Source of the DNA: the human T2T-CHM13v2.0 reference genome, Homo sapiens
Length of the DNA stretch: 64,000 bases
Direction: 5' to 3' (one strand)
Assembly (NCBI RefSeq): GCF_009914755.1
Contig: NC_060932.1
The notes beneath the pieces are model-generated. The model was not told the origin of the DNA. It saw only the letters and a list, made by a program, of their open reading frames with translations, and searched no databases. Position 1 is the stretch's first letter. The number at the start of each line of letters is the position of its first letter. Shown one piece after another: positions 60,901-64,000 of this stretch. A program made the position numbers and the translations under genes.

Positions 60901-63900
60901 TGAAACATTCTTTTTATAGAATCTGGAAGTGGATATTTGGAAAGCTTTGAGGATTTCGTTGGAAACGGGAATATCTTCAAATAAAATCTAGCCAGTAGCA
61001 TTCTAAGAAACATCTTAGGGATGTTTACATGCAAGTCACAGAGTTGAACATTCCCTTTCACAGAGCAGGTTTGAAACAATCTTCTCGTACTATCTGGCAG
61101 TGGACATTTTGAGCTCTTTGGGGCCTATGCTGAAAAAGGAAATATCTTCCGACAAAAACTAGACAGAAGCATTCGCAGAATCACGTTTGTGATGTGTGCA
61201 CTCAACTGTCAGAATTGAACCTTGGTTTGGACAGAGCACTTTTGAAACACTCTTTTTGTAGAATCTGCAGGTGGATATTTGGCTAGCTTTGAGGATTTCG
61301 TTGGAAACGGTAATGTCTTCAAAGAAAATCTAGACAGAAGCATTCTCAGAAACACCTTCGTGATGTTTGCAATCAAGTCACAGAGTTGAACCTTCCGTTT
61401 CATAGAGCAGGTTGGAAACACTCTTTTTGTAGTATCTGGAAGTGGACATTTGGAGGGCTTTGTAGCCTATCTGGAAAAAGGAAATATCTTCCCATGAATG
61501 CGAGAGAGAAGTAATCTCAGAAACATGTTTATGCTGTATCTACTCAACTAACTGTGCTGAACATTTCTATTGATAGAGCAGTTTTGAGACACTCTTCTTT
61601 TGGAATCTGCAAGTGGATATTTGGATAGATTTGAGGATTTCGTTGGAAACGGGATTATATATAAAAAGTAGACAGCAGCATTCTCAGAAACTTCTTTGTG
61701 ATGTTTGCATCCAGCTCTCAGAGTTGAACATTCCCTTTCATAGAGTAGGTTTGAAACCCTCTTTTTATAGTGTCTGGAAGCGGGCATTTGGAGCGCTTTC
61801 AGGCCTATGCTGAAAAAGGAAATATCTACCTATAGAAACTAGACAGAAGCATTCTGAGAATCACGTTTGTGATGTGGGTACTCAACTAACAGTGTTGATC
61901 CATTCTTTTGATACAGCAGTTTTGAACCACACTTTTTGTAGAATCTGCAAGTGGATATTTGGATAGCTGTGAGGATTTCGTTGGAAACGGTAATGTCTTC
62001 ATAGAAAATTTAGACAGAAGCATTCTCAGAACCTTGATTGTGATGTGTGTTCTCCACTAACAGAGTTGAACCTTTCTTTTGACAGAACTGTTCTGAAACA
62101 TTCTTTTTATAGAATCTGGAAGTGGATATTTGGAAAGCTTTGAGGATTTCATTGGAAACGGGAATATCTTCAAATAAAATCTAGCCAGAAGCATTCTAAG
62201 AAACATCTTAGGGATGTTTACATTCAAGTCACAGAGTTGAACATTCCCTTTCACAGAGCAGGTTTGAAACAATCTTCTCGTACTATCTGGCAGTGGACAT
62301 TTTGAGCTCCTTGGGGCCTATGCTGAAAAAGGAAATATCTTCCGACAAAAACTAGACAGAAGCATTCGCAGAATCACGTTTGTGATGTGTGCACTCAACT
62401 GTCAGAATTGAACCTTGGTTTGGACAGAGCACTTTTGAAACACTCTTTTTGTAGAATCTGCAGGTGGATATTTGGCTAGCTTTGAGGATTTCGTTGCAAA
62501 CGGTAATGTCTTCAAAGAAAATCTAGACAGAAGCATTCTCAGAAACACCTTCGTGATGTTTGCAATCAAGTCACAGAGTTGAACCTTCCGTTTCATAGAG
62601 CAGGTTGGAAACACTCTTTTTGTAGTATCTGGAAGTGGACATTTGGAGGGCTTTGTAGCCTATCTGGAAAAAGGAAATATCTTCCCATGAATGCGAGATA
62701 GAAGTAATCTGAGAAACATGTTTATGCTGTATCTACTCAACTAACTGTGCTGAACATTTCTATTGATAGAGCAGTTTTGAGACACTCTTCTTTTGGAATC
62801 TGCAAGTGGATATTTGGATAGATTTGAGGATTTCGTTGGAAACGGGATTATATATAAAAAGTAGACAGCAGCATTCTCAGAAACTTCTTTGTGATGTTTG
62901 CATCCAGCTCTCAGAGTTGAGCATTCCCTTTCATAGAGTAGGTTTGAAACCCTCTTTTTATAGTGTCTGGAAGCGGGCATTTGGAGCGCTTTCAGGCCTA
63001 TGCTTAAAATAGGAAATATCTACCTACAGAAACTAGACAGAAGCATTCTGAGAATCACGTTTGTGATGTGGGTACTCAACTAACAGAGTTGATCCATTCT
63101 TTTGATACAGCAGTTTTGAACCACACTTTTTGTAGAATCTGCAAGAGGATATTTGGATAGCTGTGAGGATTTCGTTGGAAACGGGAATGTCTTCAAAGAA
63201 AATCTAGACAGAAGCATTCTCAGAAACACCTTCGTGATGTTTGCAATCAAGTCACAGAGTTGAACCTTCCGTTTCATAGAGCAGGTTGGAAACACTCTTA
63301 TTGTAGTATCTGGAAGTGGACATTTGGAGCGCTTTCAGGCCTATGGTGAAAAAGGAAATATCTTCCCATAAAAACGACATAGAAGCTATCTCAGGAACTT
63401 GTTTATGATGCATCTAATCAACTAACAGTGTTGAACCTTTGTACTGACAGAGCAGTTTGAAACACTCTTTTTTTGGAATCTGCAAGTGGATATTTGGATC
63501 GCTTTGAGGATTTCGTTGGAAACGGGATGCAATATAAAACGTACACAGCAGCATACTCAGAAAATACTTTGCCATATTTCCATTCAAGTCACAGAGTGGA
63601 ACATTCCCATTCATAGAGCAGGTTGGAAACACTCTTTTTGGAGTATCTGGAAGTGGACATTTGGAGCGCTTTCTGAACTATGGTGAAAAAGGAAATATCT
63701 TCCAATGAAAACAAGACAGAAGCATTCTGAGAAACTTATTTGTGATGTGTGTCCTCAACAAACGGACTTGAACCTTTCGTTTCATGCAGTACTTCTGGAA
63801 CACTCTTTTTGAAGATTCTGCATGCGGATATTTGGATAGCTTTGAGGATTTCGTTGGAAACGGGCTTACATGTAAAAATTAGACAGCAGCATTCTCAGAA

Positions 63901-64000
63901 ACTTCTTTGTGGTGTCTGCATTCAAGTCACAGAATTGAACTTCCCCTCACATAGAGCAGTTGTGCAGCACTCTATTTGTAGTATCTGGAAGTGGACATTT
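42966..64000 (+). repeat. Irregular 7-/8-mer-rich HOR mixture with more private variants
   Basis: Order 7,11,7,8,7,8,8,7,8,7del,8,7,11,7,7,8; many single-copy substitutions are visible. Confidence 0.9.
55030..56002 (+). repeat. Truncated 7-mer HOR (973 bp) with a 220-bp internal deletion at 55725/55726
   Basis: Reads GGACATTTTGAGCT|AGAAGCATTCTCAGAAACACC; the equivalent of positions 686-905 of the first 7-mer is missing. Confidence 0.95.

Larger units (their letters stand above)
1..64000 (+). repeat. Centromeric alpha-satellite higher-order repeat array, mixed 11-/7-/8-mer HORs (probably human chr8 D8Z2, suprachromosomal family 2)
   Basis: Seen: continuous ~171-bp AT-rich monomers with alphoid motifs (CATTCTCAGAAACTTCTTTGTGATG, GAGTTGAAC, GTGGATATTTGG, TTTCGTTGGAAACGGGA), and near-identical HOR copies spaced 1193/1356/1868 bp in the ORF track. 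Knowledge: D8Z2 is described with 4-, 7-, 8- and 11-mer HORs. Alpha-satellite is certain; the chr8 call is about 0.8. Confidence 0.99.

Noticed and set aside
8-63686. Repeated 60-102 aa ORFs on both strands (MDIWIDLRISLETG..., MFPTCSMKRK..., MSSTNGLEP...)
   Set aside because: They are chance open frames in satellite monomers, recurring with the HOR period. Many start at GTG/TTG, and they are freely broken by SNVs (e.g. a stop near 33144). No recognisable domains.
15-63864. CRISPR-like look of the regularly spaced GAGGATTTCGTTGGAAACGG motif
   Set aside because: The intervening sequences are 150-320 bp, homologous and repeated rather than unique spacers. There are no cas genes, and the motif is the CENP-B box.
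1-64000. Embedded L1/Alu/LTR insertion or inversion
   Set aside because: Unit lengths account for the whole window and every box is on the same strand. No poly-A tails or foreign sequence were seen.
1-64000. Assignment to other arrays with 11-mer or 7-mer HORs (D13Z1/D21Z1, D9Z4)
   Set aside because: Abundant 8-mers with 7- and 11-mers fit my recollection of D8Z2 better. Not excluded without aligning to HOR consensus models.
1-64000. The 7/8/11 order as a coded message or new biological system
   Set aside because: Linked SNVs show the order is explained by nested duplication, deletion and conversion. Nothing in the sequence supports a further function.

Overview
The whole 64 kb is one uninterrupted, same-orientation array of primate (human-type) centromeric alpha-satellite: about 377 monomers of ~171 bp in higher-order repeats (HORs). 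I see no genes, transposon insertions or inversions; the ORF track only repeats spurious satellite translations. With unit starts set 25 bp before the CENP-B box followed by TTATATATAAAAAG, the window holds 45 HOR units: 12 11-mers (1868 bp), 16 7-mers (1193 bp), 16 8-mers (1356 bp, one 1355 bp) and one 7-mer with a 220-bp deletion (973 bp). Order: 7,11,8,7,11,7,11,7,11,7,11,7,11,8,7,11,8,11,8,7,11,8,7,11,8,8,8,8,8,7,11,7,8,7,8,8,7,8,7del,8,7,11,7,7,8. An 11-mer of ~1.87 kb with 7- and 8-mer derivatives best fits chromosome 8 D8Z2 (from recalled literature, not a search). I found no new protein- or RNA-coding system. The interest is structural: nested super-periods (3061/6122, 4417, 2712 bp), two SNV haplotype domains meeting near 36 kb, apparent gene-conversion tracts that restore or destroy CENP-B boxes, and one out-of-register deletion. 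All counts are by eye.
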